A stretch of 63,260 bases of DNA, counting the filler, from Intoshia linei (Eukaryota > Animalia > Orthonectida): assembly GCA_001642005.1 (NCBI GenBank). It is 5 parts of 5 records of this genome, joined end to end, with 100 filler letters (N's around TTAATTAATTAA, not from the genome) between each part and the next. Parts side by side here need not be neighbours in the genome. Positions count along the whole stretch, not along the records: positions 56,118 to 63,260 come from LWCA01001601.1; 4 more parts are not named here. One strand, written 5' to 3'. How positions within the stretch are numbered: the stretch's first letter is position 1; the number at the start of each line of letters is the position of its first letter. Below the pieces are notes generated by a model. That model was not told the origin of the DNA. It saw only the letters and a list, made by a program, of their open reading frames with translations, and searched no databases. The translations under genes and the position numbers were made by a program. This document shows, in pieces, positions 63,157-63,260 of this stretch.

Positions 63157-63260
63157 ACAGGTGGTACAGTTGTATCTTGTTAACACACATAAAAAATATC
63201 AATCCGAATAAGTAACGACTTGACGGTCAAAAAAGCATTTTAGTATTCATATATTTTTTT
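63157..63260 (+). mobile_element. Helitron-like family H fragment running off the window
   Basis: acaggtggtacagttgtatcttgttaacacaca matches 48768-48800. Confidence 0.7.

Overview
AT-rich eukaryotic (animal) genomic DNA with very short GT-AG introns (mostly about 33-55 nt). It is not prokaryotic. The compact style resembles a reduced parasite genome such as an orthonectid, but that is inference only. Four artificial 100-nt spacers (N-run, TTAATTAATTAA, N-run) split the window into five contigs, and several genes are cut at them. Spliced genes read by hand: the 3' part of a Cav2-type calcium channel alpha1, a DDHD phospholipase, a head-to-head pair of Ly6/three-finger genes, a Tctex1-domain dynein light chain, PXYLP1-like (5' part), MOB4, TMEM132-like (3' part), RBM25 (5' part), RABGEF1/Rabex-5, PNPO, MRPS6 and C1GALT1. 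The last gene is an unnamed, roughly 24-exon secreted furin-like Cys-rich protein. Large introns and intergenic DNA hold decayed Tc1, pogo, hAT, Gypsy and LINE fragments, hAT-type MITEs and many copies of one non-autonomous Helitron-like family. The most interesting candidate system is the Cys-rich gene (42211-51759). Each internal exon is a frame-preserving phase 1-1 cassette encoding one 2-Cys or 6-Cys module, and an inverted Helitron pair brackets three of these cassettes. This architecture could generate variant secreted proteins by exon skipping.
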